Positions 12,301-19,972 are shown, counted from the whole stretch's first letter. The stretch is DNA of 63,613 bases, filler included, from 5 parts of 5 records of this genome joined end to end with filler, not necessarily neighbours in it, one strand, 5' to 3'. Notes: generated from the letters alone by a model not told the origin. Translations and numbers: made by a program.

Positions 12301-13196
12301 TTGTTTTAATGGATATTCAGCTTCCAGAATTAGATGGCCTCGAAGCTACAAAACTGATTCGAAAACTAGGTTTTACTAAACTACCTATTATTGCAATGAC
12401 AGCACACGCATTAAGTGAAGATAGAGAACGAAGTCTTGAAGCAGGTATGAATGCCCACCTAACAAAACCTATTGAAGCTGATAAATTACGAGAAACTCTT
12501 ATAAAATGGCTTCCAAAGATAAAAATTGAAGATAGTATATTACAAAAGGGCAAACTAAATATTGATGTCCCAGAAAATAAGAATTTTGAATTACCCGAAA
12601 TAGATGTTTTAGATATCAAGCAAGGATTAAAAAATTCTGGTGGAGTTAAGAAAAGATATCATAATTTATTGCGTGAATTCACTAAATTATATATAAATAC
12701 ACCAACTACTTTGGAAAATTTTATTAATCAGAATGATATTAGACTAGCTAAAAAAGAAGTCCATTCCTTTAGGGGTGCTGCTCAACAACTAGGAGCAAAT
12801 ATATTGGGGGATAAAGCTTTTGCGCTAGAATCAATTCTTAATTCTGATTATTCAAATGAATCTAACGAGACTTTTTTAGCTTTTAAAGAAGCGCATAATA
12901 TGCTCTTTCTAAAACTAGTAGATTTTTATAGTTTGAATTCTTTTTATCATAAAAAAGTCACTGATATAACTGAAAATAATTTAGAGAATAATTTGAGTAT
13001 ATTCAAAGAAGAAATCAATATTTTACTAGAGTTTCTGGAAACCGGAAATTCTAGAGCAGAAAAAATTGCAAATGACATTTTTACTAAGATAAATAATTCT
13101 TCTCTAAAAGAAAATTTTAAATATATTATACTTGATATAGAAAATGTTGAATTTAATAACGCTATAAAAAGAATACACAAAATCAAACACGATTAA
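6387..13196 (+). CDS. multidomain hybrid kinase: Ser/Thr kinase + AAA/STAND ATPase + helical repeats + GAF + PAS + HisKA/HATPase + REC + HPt
   Basis: HKDVNLSN/IIDFG/YISPEQTGRMN kinase motifs; GRSGIGKS Walker A and FLDDLQWAD Walker B; KSVLCIPL..LYLENN GAF; FLANMSHEIRTPMN; GGTGLGL; LMDIQLP receiver; VHSFRGAA HPt. Confidence 0.93.
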   Translation: MIKISGYKLSEIIYKGWNSIVYRAKDIENNKNVIIKVFSKEKATGDDIARFRREFAITASFDYNGIIKVFKLENINNTLGIIMEDFNGISLEEILEKRKISPKELLELSISIANSLGHIHENQIIHKDVNLSNILWNDTTKQVKIIDFGISTELSRENLEIKNLNVLEGSLHYISPEQTGRMNKTLDYRTDFYSLGVTFYKLITGKLPFESNDTMELVHSHIAIEPTPIINIEHNNWTNKNEKTAYSMLSQIINKLMSKTPEKRYQSSFGLVHDLEECLKLVNHQSEIQKHFIPGAKDITERFQIPQKLYGRDTEIESLMNAFNRIKVGGKELLLVSGRSGIGKSALINEIHKPVIEKRGYFIKGKFDQFKRDIPYSAFGIAISKLIEQILVSDNSVISYWKERILNKLGINGQIIIDMVPELQLLIGNQPPLKKLGLDETRNRFVLTVQNFVRALGDPKHPVVIFLDDLQWADLASLKLIELTISDVNVKGLLIIGAYRDNEINEIHPLTDTIEEIKKENKRLKELGLINQELITNILIEPLNFDNVLELTSETLYREKDEIQQFAGLCYKKTNGNPFFLNQLLLELYRNSIVNFNYKSGCWIWNEKMLTTYRITDNVVELMEDKIKTLSNKSQNLIKLAACAGNSFNLNTLAIISNMSARETATDLWKILKTGLIEPKDENYKYIDIGNSNDNLEFNPKYAFIHDRVQQAGYSMISDNEKQKIHVSIARLMLNELDISDNFEIDKISKIDDEIFEIINHFNKGISVINDPHEKNIILKLNLKAGKKAMTSNAYRPALNYFKTCFKLLEENYWSENYSFTMSLYVNALEAAYYNFDFELIDKLSSTILDNTRTIFDEVPVYEILMKSFSAQHKLDQVVLTGSEILKKLGLTLPHKPSKLHLLKEFFKTKKILKGKSIDDLYNLPLISNKEALAKCDVLGTMLTSAYFARPDLAPLLSLKLMQLAIQFGNYPKSHIYPFYGAMSLAISKDYETCYQFGELGLRLSQKEEFRESRARNILMFYTMNHHWKKPLRESVEALHEGFQAALEVGDLEYACLCLHVPGYHGIHAGLELSEHAKQMDHHREQMIHLKNKTILKIFGLSRQAAASLMGETDNPYIISGKFFREETDIELCKKANAKTTIGAFYQWKIILGYLFAKYDLALENDNNIQEYKKAMLGLAHMPMNYLYSSLTRLALYETATVKERKKYLKVVLKNQKTLKTWAKHSPNNHLHKWHLVEAELAKTRDQFKDAIHHYEAAIELARGNMCSLEEAQACELYAKFWEKNGNSKFEQLYILEAHSTFEKWGAKAKSKQLETLYPDYLLKAERSNIGTINIPNTTLIDTNIASTNILDLFSSQKAFQTISNEINLNKLLTKIMAVVIENAGAEKGALILPKEKIWNIEVIGNTKTKENKLVNSIPLFINANDKIEGIENEENSLISKNIVKYVINTNDTIILDNAWKSGNFSNDKYISNNKVKSVLCIPLLNQSELIAVLYLENNLANSVFTPDRIQVLKLLSSQAAISIKNATLYSKLRKSENKFRSIFENAGVGIFQTTLSGKLLTVNQAGASLLKYNSPLEAINLIENMSENLYVDSFRREEFVQLVQENGIVKNFEFECWRKDKSIITASINAHLVKDEKGEIKYLEGIFEDITKKKLADKYKIDKEVAEASTKAKSDFLANMSHEIRTPMNAVIGLSELALKAEIKPKQKDYLKKINNSAQGLLRIINEILDYSKIEAGKMSIENVPFTFNEIMETIEFSIGLTASKKNIDLVFDISDEIPDYLIGDPVRLGQILINLAGNAVKFTDKGKITISSEIIENNNESIKLLFSVKDTGIGMKEEQLQKLFRSFQQADTTISRKYGGTGLGLAISKQLVNMMNGTINVESEFGKGSLFTFELSFGITTEIETLNFYKNESPLHELNQIKGASILLAEDNPINQQISKEFIENMGLNVEIAENGLAAVESVKKKTFDLVLMDIQLPELDGLEATKLIRKLGFTKLPIIAMTAHALSEDRERSLEAGMNAHLTKPIEADKLRETLIKWLPKIKIEDSILQKGKLNIDVPENKNFELPEIDVLDIKQGLKNSGGVKKRYHNLLREFTKLYINTPTTLENFINQNDIRLAKKEVHSFRGAAQQLGANILGDKAFALESILNSDYSNESNETFLAFKEAHNMLFLKLVDFYSLNSFYHKKVTDITENNLENNLSIFKEEINILLEFLETGNSRAEKIANDIFTKINNSSLKENFKYIILDIENVEFNNAIKRIHKIKHD

Positions 13197-13335
13197 TAAT
13201 TTTACTCAAACTTTATGCAAATGTTCATTAATTTGTTACTTTTTATATATAATATGGCGGGTCAATGCATAATTTACTACTTTTGACACTTGACTTTTTT
13301 TACAAATCAAGTGTCTCGATCTAATAGGGGGAAAT

Positions 13336-16300
13336 ATGATTGAAACTAAGAATGACACACAAATGCACAAACTGTATGAACGACTTATTGCAATTTCAAA
13401 AGAATTCGAAAAAGATAAATTCAAGAAAGAAATTGTAGATTCAATAACTGGAATTGTCAATATTAGGATTAAAAACTACTCTAAAGGAATATTAGTCATA
13501 ATTAAAGATCAAAAAATTAACATTCATAAAGATTATGAAAAAGAACCAGAACTTAATAGTTCCATTGTAGTATTCAATTCGAGCGATGATCTTAAAAACT
13601 TTTTATCAGATAACGATACTAATCAAGCAATAAATATGTATACTGAGGGCAATCCTGCTCATTTTGCATATTTTAATTATTTACTAAATGCTATCGCATT
13701 TAATACTCGTAAAGATGAATTTGAGAAAAAAATTAAGGCAGATGCTATTCGCAAATTTGATTATAGTACTAACACTGGAAAACCAGAAAGAGATATGCGA
13801 AATTCTAGAATAAGCGGAAGACTTCAAGCTGACAAAGTTGATGAAGGTGTTAAATATTTAAATGATCCTTATCTTTCTGAATACACTATTGAAAATTTCC
13901 CAAGACTTATGAAATTCAAAGAAGATTATATACATAAAACACCTAAAATAACCGCTGAATACGGTGAACTTCTAACAGATTTTTATCTTAATTCAACTGA
14001 CAAAACTAATAATAAATACTACATAAACCCTGAAACAAATAAACCATGGAATCCTTTATTACGATCAGCTTCCGCTTTTAATTATGTAATGAAAAATAAA
14101 AAGCCAATTATACGAGATGGTGATCTTCTTGCAGGAACAATGACGCCAGACAAAATTTGCGGAAGTGTAGGACAGCCATATACTATAGGATGGAAAATTT
14201 GGGGAGATTTAAAGTTAATTGACATTAGAGAAAACGATCGATTTAGTATTGAAGAAACAACTAAAGAGATTCTTCATAGAAAAGTTTTTCCGTTCTGGAT
14301 GGATAAACATGTCGAAGCTATTTGGAAAACAAAAGTTGATAGAGATTCTTCGTATCTAAAAATATTTAACCGGAATTTCTTCACGATTCCTTGGGGACTA
14401 GTTTCAATTAATCCTAGCTCTCCCGGACTTGATACCGTTATAAAAAGAGGGCTAAAAGGTATCAGAGAGGATATCTATGCTAAAATCACTGAAGTAGAAA
14501 AACAAAGTGACAGTGATGACACAGAGGATAAATTAGCAAATCTAAAGGCAATGGAAAAAGTCATTATTGGAATTTCTGAATATAGTGAACATCTAAAAAA
14601 TCATATTAATGAAATCCGTTATGGTATCATTAACGAAAAGGATATAAAAGAAGAGGATAAAAAACAAAGAGAAAAAGAAATTGATGAAATTTATAAAGTT
14701 TTATGTAACGTTCCTGAGAAACCTGCTGAGACTCTTCATGAAGCAATACAAACATTATGGATTATGTTCATTGGTATTGGATTAGATAGTATGGATGATT
14801 CTTTATCAGTTGGTAGGCTTGATCAAATTCTACAACCTTATTTTGAAGCTGATATTAAAAAAATATTAGCTGATGGAAATAAAAATATCGAAGACTATAT
14901 AGAAAATGCTATTGAGCTTATCGGATGTTTCTTTATGAGATTAAACAGTCATAGATTAGCAGCAGATACGCAAACAAGTGAACAAAATTCCGGCGCTCCT
15001 GCCGTTTCTTCAATAGTTGTTGGTGGTATTAGCCGAGATGGAAAAGATGCCGTTAATGATATGACATATATCATATTGAAAGTTGCTGAAATGTTATGTA
15101 CAGATGACCCTGATATGGATGCTAGATATTCAGACAAAGTAAATAGTGACACATACTTGAAGAGATTATGTGAAGTTAATTACCTGACTGGTGGTTCTCC
15201 TGCTATTCATAACGATACACAGGTGATTAAAGGATGGAAAGAGAATAATCCTGACTGGCCAATTGAGGATTTAAGAGATTGGGTACCGTGTGGTTGTGTC
15301 GAACCTGTTATCTACGGAAAACACCTTGCTGCTCCCGGGGATTTAGATAGTTGTTTAGTTGTTCCTTTAGAAATGGCTCTTAACAACGGTAGATATCCAA
15401 GCTGGCCGGATGAAAAATTGGGTCCTGAAACCGGAGAAGTTATTTCATTTAAATCATTTGATGATTTTCTTGCTGCTTTTAAAAAGCAATTCATTTTCTT
15501 ATATGAAAATGCTATCAAAGATGGTTCGCATAAAATACTTGAAGCTCAAAAACAAGCTATGCCTTCTCCTCTTTTTTCTCTATTAACTGAGGGATGTCTG
15601 GATAAATCAAAAGGTGTACTTGATGGAGCTGCGAAATATAATACAGCAGGAGCTTCATTAATCGGACTTTCTGATGTGATAGATTCATTACTCGCTATCA
15701 AGCACTTTGTATTTTCAGAAAAAATTGATGAAAACTCTAAAAATATAAAATTTGAGCAACTAAAATCGGCTATTGACGATAATTATGATAGTTTTGAAGG
15801 AAGAAAAGTTTATAAACAAGTAAGATACGATGCTCCAAAATTTGGATCAAATAGCACAGAAGCTAGAGAAATGGCTAACAAAATTTTACATATGGTTAGT
15901 GACTATCTACATGATGATCAACCTTTAGAAATTGAACGTGAAAGAAGAATAATCAGAGGTGGTAAGTATACATCTGGATATAGAACTAATAGTAATCATG
16001 TTTTCTTCGGTTCTATTACTGGTGCTCTCCCATCTGGTAGAAGAGCTGGTGAGCCGTTTACATCTGGACTAACACCTAGTCCGTCAGCTTCAACAAATAT
16101 AGTTGATAATTTAATCGATGTAGCAGCACTTAACCCAGCACATACAGAGAATAGTTTTTCATTTAACGTTCGAATTTCTTTTTCCCACCTACATACTCAT
16201 AAAGAGAAAGTTGATATTATGTCTGATTACTTAAAAGCTTTCTTTGAAAAAGGCGGAATGCAGGTTCAACTGAATATGGTTGATACTGAAACTCTAGTAG

Positions 16301-16428
16301 ATGCAATGGCAAATCCAAAAAAATATCCTGATTTAATTGTAAGAATCTCTGGATATACTGGTTACTATACTAGGCTTAATACAGCTCTTCAATTAGAAAT
16401 AATTAAGAGAACCCAGTTTTCTATTTAA
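13336..16428 (+). CDS. glycyl radical enzyme (PFL-like family) with ~130-aa N-terminal extension; substrate unknown
   Basis: C-terminal glycyl loop LIVRISGY; Cys loop CGCVEP; GRLDQ, GGMQVQLN, LPSGRRAGEP motifs. Confidence 0.9.
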   Translation: MIETKNDTQMHKLYERLIAISKEFEKDKFKKEIVDSITGIVNIRIKNYSKGILVIIKDQKINIHKDYEKEPELNSSIVVFNSSDDLKNFLSDNDTNQAINMYTEGNPAHFAYFNYLLNAIAFNTRKDEFEKKIKADAIRKFDYSTNTGKPERDMRNSRISGRLQADKVDEGVKYLNDPYLSEYTIENFPRLMKFKEDYIHKTPKITAEYGELLTDFYLNSTDKTNNKYYINPETNKPWNPLLRSASAFNYVMKNKKPIIRDGDLLAGTMTPDKICGSVGQPYTIGWKIWGDLKLIDIRENDRFSIEETTKEILHRKVFPFWMDKHVEAIWKTKVDRDSSYLKIFNRNFFTIPWGLVSINPSSPGLDTVIKRGLKGIREDIYAKITEVEKQSDSDDTEDKLANLKAMEKVIIGISEYSEHLKNHINEIRYGIINEKDIKEEDKKQREKEIDEIYKVLCNVPEKPAETLHEAIQTLWIMFIGIGLDSMDDSLSVGRLDQILQPYFEADIKKILADGNKNIEDYIENAIELIGCFFMRLNSHRLAADTQTSEQNSGAPAVSSIVVGGISRDGKDAVNDMTYIILKVAEMLCTDDPDMDARYSDKVNSDTYLKRLCEVNYLTGGSPAIHNDTQVIKGWKENNPDWPIEDLRDWVPCGCVEPVIYGKHLAAPGDLDSCLVVPLEMALNNGRYPSWPDEKLGPETGEVISFKSFDDFLAAFKKQFIFLYENAIKDGSHKILEAQKQAMPSPLFSLLTEGCLDKSKGVLDGAAKYNTAGASLIGLSDVIDSLLAIKHFVFSEKIDENSKNIKFEQLKSAIDDNYDSFEGRKVYKQVRYDAPKFGSNSTEAREMANKILHMVSDYLHDDQPLEIERERRIIRGGKYTSGYRTNSNHVFFGSITGALPSGRRAGEPFTSGLTPSPSASTNIVDNLIDVAALNPAHTENSFSFNVRISFSHLHTHKEKVDIMSDYLKAFFEKGGMQVQLNMVDTETLVDAMANPKKYPDLIVRISGYTGYYTRLNTALQLEIIKRTQFSI

Positions 16429-16447
16429 AATTTATTATAATTTTTTC

Positions 16448-16475
16448 TTGACTTTTATTTTTAATGTGGTAGAAT
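16448..16475 (+). promoter_or_regulatory. sigma70-type promoter for the aro leader
   Basis: TTGACT (16448-16453), 16-nt spacer, extended -10 TG-n-TAGAAT (16467-16475). Confidence 0.7.
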
Positions 16476-16536
16476 CCTCATAAGAAATAAAACTAATAGA
16501 TTTAGATTTTAATTAATTGAAAAAGGAGGCACAACA

Positions 16537-16641
16537 ATGAATTCAGTAAGATTTACTTGGTGGTATTATTATAATGAAAACTTCAACCAATCAAATATAA
16601 ATGAATCGGGTTTATTCATTGTAATGCCAAGTATCAATTGA
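16537..16641 (+). CDS. aromatic amino acid leader peptide (34 aa, MNSVRFTWWYYYNENFNQSNINESGLFIVMPSIN)
   Basis: Strong SD AAGGAGG at 16523-16529; run of F-T-W-W-Y-Y-Y codons; lies directly upstream of DAHP synthase and of two terminators; too short for the ORF track. Confidence 0.85.
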   Translation: MNSVRFTWWYYYNENFNQSNINESGLFIVMPSIN

Positions 16642-16709
16642 TAATTTGATACTAATAATTAATTAAACACATAATTTTGTAATATAATTTTAGTTTGTGT
16701 ATAGAGTTT

Positions 16710-16738
16710 AAACCTGTTCTTAATGAACAGGTTTTTTT
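16710..16738 (+). terminator. attenuator terminator 1 in the aro leader
   Basis: AAACCTGTTC-ttaat-GAACAGGTTT followed by a T-run. Confidence 0.85.
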
Positions 16739-16766
16739 ATTTCCCAAACAATATCAGTGTAGTTGT

Positions 16767-16817
16767 AAGCCGATTCAATGTGAAAGTATTTAACTTTCCG
16801 TAGAATCGGCTTTTTTT
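16767..16817 (+). terminator. attenuator terminator 2 in the aro leader
   Basis: AAGCCGATTC...GAATCGGCTT outer stem, inner GAAAG/CTTTC pairing, then a 7-T run. Confidence 0.75.
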
Positions 16818-16855
16818 ATTAATAAATAATTTAAAATTTTATAGAGGTGATTAAG

Positions 16856-17872
16856 ATGGTAGTAAAAATGAGAGAAAATAGTGAAAGAGTGGATATTGAA
16901 AAGGTAATCGAGAGAGCAGCAAAATTTAACTGTAATGTACATGAATCACAAATGGAAGAGATAATAGTACTGCATATTCATGGTGATACGAGCAAAGTTA
17001 CTATGCAGGAATTTGAAGAGTTATCAAATGTAGAAAAAGTAATGAGAATACAGGAACCATTTAAAAAAGCAAATAGAAAATCACATCCTGCTGATTCAGT
17101 AATTGAAGTAGGGGACATCAAAATCGGTGGTGGCAGCTTCGTAGTAATGGCAGGGCCTTGCTCAGTAGAATCAGAGGATCAAATAAATGAAGTAGCTGAT
17201 GCAGTGAAAAGCTCAGGTGCACAAGTTTTACGAGGGGGAGCATTTAAGCCAAGAACATCTCCATACGCATTTCAGGGAATGGAGCTTGAGGGGCTTGATT
17301 TACTTAAGAAAGCGAGAAATAAAACAGGACTTCCAATTGTTACTGAGATTATGTCTGTTGATATGATCGATAAATTCGTAGAAGAGGTTGATATAATTCA
17401 AGTTGGCGCTAGAAATATGCAGAATTTTCATCTGTTAAAAGAGTTAGGAAAAACTAATAAACCTATCTTACTAAAGAGAGGAATGTCAGCAACTATTCAG
17501 GAATTAATAATGTCGGCTGAATACATTATGGCAGGCGGAAATAATAATGTTATATTATGTGAAAGAGGTATAAGAACATTTGAAACTTTCACAAGAAATA
17601 CTCTTGACCTAAGTGCTGTTCCTGCAATCAAGGAATTAACGCACCTACCTATCATAATAGATCCAAGTCATGCAACCGGTAAGAGATCAATGGTGGATTC
17701 ATTAGCTAAAGCAGCAGCGGCAGTTGGTGCAGATGGACTAATGATAGAAGTACACAATGATCCGGAGAATGCTTTATGCGACGGTCCGCAATCTCTTCGA
17801 CCAGAAGAGTTTGATAAAGTTATGCAGGGAGTTGGGCAAATATTACCAATAGTTGGAAAGCAGATGGCTTAA
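16856..17872 (+). CDS. aroF: 3-deoxy-7-phosphoheptulonate (DAHP) synthase, type I-beta with N-terminal regulatory domain
   Basis: [47 protein letters not shown] motifs; SD AGAGGTG before ATG 16856. Confidence 0.95.
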   Translation: MVVKMRENSERVDIEKVIERAAKFNCNVHESQMEEIIVLHIHGDTSKVTMQEFEELSNVEKVMRIQEPFKKANRKSHPADSVIEVGDIKIGGGSFVVMAGPCSVESEDQINEVADAVKSSGAQVLRGGAFKPRTSPYAFQGMELEGLDLLKKARNKTGLPIVTEIMSVDMIDKFVEEVDIIQVGARNMQNFHLLKELGKTNKPILLKRGMSATIQELIMSAEYIMAGGNNNVILCERGIRTFETFTRNTLDLSAVPAIKELTHLPIIIDPSHATGKRSMVDSLAKAAAAVGADGLMIEVHNDPENALCDGPQSLRPEEFDKVMQGVGQILPIVGKQMA

Positions 17873-17882
17873 AAATAAAATC

Positions 17883-17908
17883 AGGGCGTATGCTCAAACA
17901 TACGCCCT
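17883..17908. terminator. terminator hairpin between convergent aroF and oppF
   Basis: Perfect 10-bp stem AGGGCGTATG/CATACGCCCT flanked by A/T runs. Confidence 0.8.
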
Positions 17909-17915
17909 AAAAAAA

Positions 17916-18926
17916 TTATATCTCTTTATATCTAAAACAGCTAACTTCATGACCATCAGAAACAGTTTCCATTTGAGGTTCAATTTCTGTTTTGCATATA
18001 TCTGTTGCAAATGGACATCTTGTATGAAATCTACATCCCGGAGGTATCTCTGAAGCAGAAGGAATTTCTCCTTTTATATTCACTTCTTTAAACTTATTAA
18101 CTTTTCCAGCTTTTGTTTCGCATACAGCTTGGATTAGCGCCTTAGTATATGGATGTTTGGGATTATCAATCACTTCATCCGGAGTACCAATCTCCACTAT
18201 TTTCCCCAGATACATGACAGCTATTCTATCTGTAAAATATCTGGCAGTAGACAGATCATGAGTTATATATAAATATGTTAAATTTAACTCTTGCTGCAGT
18301 TCTTTAAACATTTGCAGTATTTCAGCTTTTGTTGACAGATCAATCATTGATACAGGTTCATCGGCTACTAATAGTTTCGGTGACAGTATAAGCGCTCTGG
18401 CAGTAGCCGCCCTCTGTCTTTGACCACCTGATAACATATGTGGGTATCGATCAATAAATTCATCTACAGGAGTTAATTTTACATCTGTTAAAGCTTGCTT
18501 AATTAAGTCATATCGTTTCTTTCTATCAGCTTCGATTTTATGAATAAGAAGAGCCTCTTCCAGAACGTTTTTTATTTTAAATCTGGGATTCATTGAGGCA
18601 TATGGATCTTGAAATATCATCTGAACTTCTTCTCGATATTTTGCTGTTCTTTCTTTATCAACTTTTGTTACATTTTCGCCATTAAAATATATATCGCCAT
18701 CTGTTGCTTCATGAAGTTTCATTATAAGTCTGGCAGTAGTTGATTTACCGCAACCTGATTCACCTATCAGGCCCAAAACTTCACCTCTTTTGATTTCAAA
18801 TGAAATGCCGTCAACAGCTCGAACAAATTTATGTTCTCCTTTGATTACTTCTGTTATATTTCTTCTAATAGGAAACCACTTCTTTAAATTTTTAACTTCT
18901 ATTAAAGTCTCATTATTATTTCTCAT
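17916..18926 (-). CDS. oppF: oligopeptide/dipeptide ABC transporter ATP-binding protein (OppF-like)
   Basis: GESGCGKS, LSGGQRQR, ADEP, HPYT, GCRFHTRC C-terminal motif; exact start uncertain (18926-18953). Confidence 0.9.
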   Translation of the reverse strand: MRNNNETLIEVKNLKKWFPIRRNITEVIKGEHKFVRAVDGISFEIKRGEVLGLIGESGCGKSTTARLIMKLHEATDGDIYFNGENVTKVDKERTAKYREEVQMIFQDPYASMNPRFKIKNVLEEALLIHKIEADRKKRYDLIKQALTDVKLTPVDEFIDRYPHMLSGGQRQRAATARALILSPKLLVADEPVSMIDLSTKAEILQMFKELQQELNLTYLYITHDLSTARYFTDRIAVMYLGKIVEIGTPDEVIDNPKHPYTKALIQAVCETKAGKVNKFKEVNIKGEIPSASEIPPGCRFHTRCPFATDICKTEIEPQMETVSDGHEVSCFRYKEI

Positions 18927-19896
18927 CCTCATAACACCTCCAGCATGCAACAAAATGTTCTTTCTCTAACTCTTTTAATGGAGGTATTTTTTCCTTACAA
19001 ATATCCATCGCAACATCACATCTGGGATGAAATCTGCATCCACTAGGAGGTTCAAGTAAATCCGGTGGCGTTCCCGGGATAAACTCCAGTTTTTCAACTT
19101 TTTCATGAAGTTTCGGTGTTGCAGCGAGAAGTTTTTTTGTATATGGATGCATAGGCCCTTGTTCACCATAAATTTGAGTATTAGTTCCTATCTCTGCAAT
19201 TTTACCTGCATACATTACACATATTCTATCTGCTACTTCAGCCTCAGCTGCGAGATCATGAGTAATGAATATAAATGATAGTTTCAGCTTTTCTTTCAGG
19301 TCTTTTAGCAAATTAATTATTTGAGCCTGTACAACTACATCAAGGGCAGTTGTTGGTTCATCACAAATAATAATTTTCGGCTCTAAAAAAAGCGCTAAAG
19401 CAATTACAACTCTTTGTTTTTGACCTCCTGATAATTCATGCGGATATCTTTTTAGAATATCAGAACTTAAACCTACATATTCAAGATATTTAATCATTAT
19501 CTCTTTTGCTTCTTTTTTCTTTATTCCTTTATGTTTTTTCAAGGTTTCATACATCTGCTTCTCAATAGTAAATACAGGTGTCATAGAGTTCATCGCACCC
19601 TGAAAAACCATAGATATTTTTTTCCATCTGACTTGATTCCGCATCTCTTTCTCATTAAGTTCCGTTATATCCAGTCCGTCAACTATAATCTGCCCGTCAA
19701 CTATCTCACCTGGAGGTGCCGGCATCTTAATAAGTGAAAACCCTGTTGTAGTTTTACCACAGCCTGATTCTCCTACCAAGCCAAGTGTTTCACCTTCATA
19801 AAGATAAAAACTGATATCATCTACAGCTTTTACACTTCCCTTATCGATATGATAATACATCTTTAAATTTTTAACGTCTAATATTTTATTTTTCAT
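18916..19896 (-). CDS. oppD: oligopeptide/dipeptide ABC transporter ATP-binding protein (OppD-like)
   Basis: GESGCGKT, YPHELSGGQKQR, DEPTTALDV, GCRFHPRC. Confidence 0.9.
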   Translation of the reverse strand: MKNKILDVKNLKMYYHIDKGSVKAVDDISFYLYEGETLGLVGESGCGKTTTGFSLIKMPAPPGEIVDGQIIVDGLDITELNEKEMRNQVRWKKISMVFQGAMNSMTPVFTIEKQMYETLKKHKGIKKKEAKEIMIKYLEYVGLSSDILKRYPHELSGGQKQRVVIALALFLEPKIIICDEPTTALDVVVQAQIINLLKDLKEKLKLSFIFITHDLAAEAEVADRICVMYAGKIAEIGTNTQIYGEQGPMHPYTKKLLAATPKLHEKVEKLEFIPGTPPDLLEPPSGCRFHPRCDVAMDICKEKIPPLKELEKEHFVACWRCYEDEK

Positions 19897-19972
19897 AAAT
19901 TTCACCATTTTCTTATTCTGTTTAAAATTTAAAACATTACAAACCTTGCCTACGCGGCAAACTGCGCGAACC

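Noticed and set aside
13336-16428. Calling the GRE pyruvate formate-lyase (pflB) or choline TMA-lyase (cutC)
   Set aside because: It lacks the adjacent Cys-Cys of PFL; GCVEP alone is not diagnostic for CutC; there is no cutD or microcompartment context
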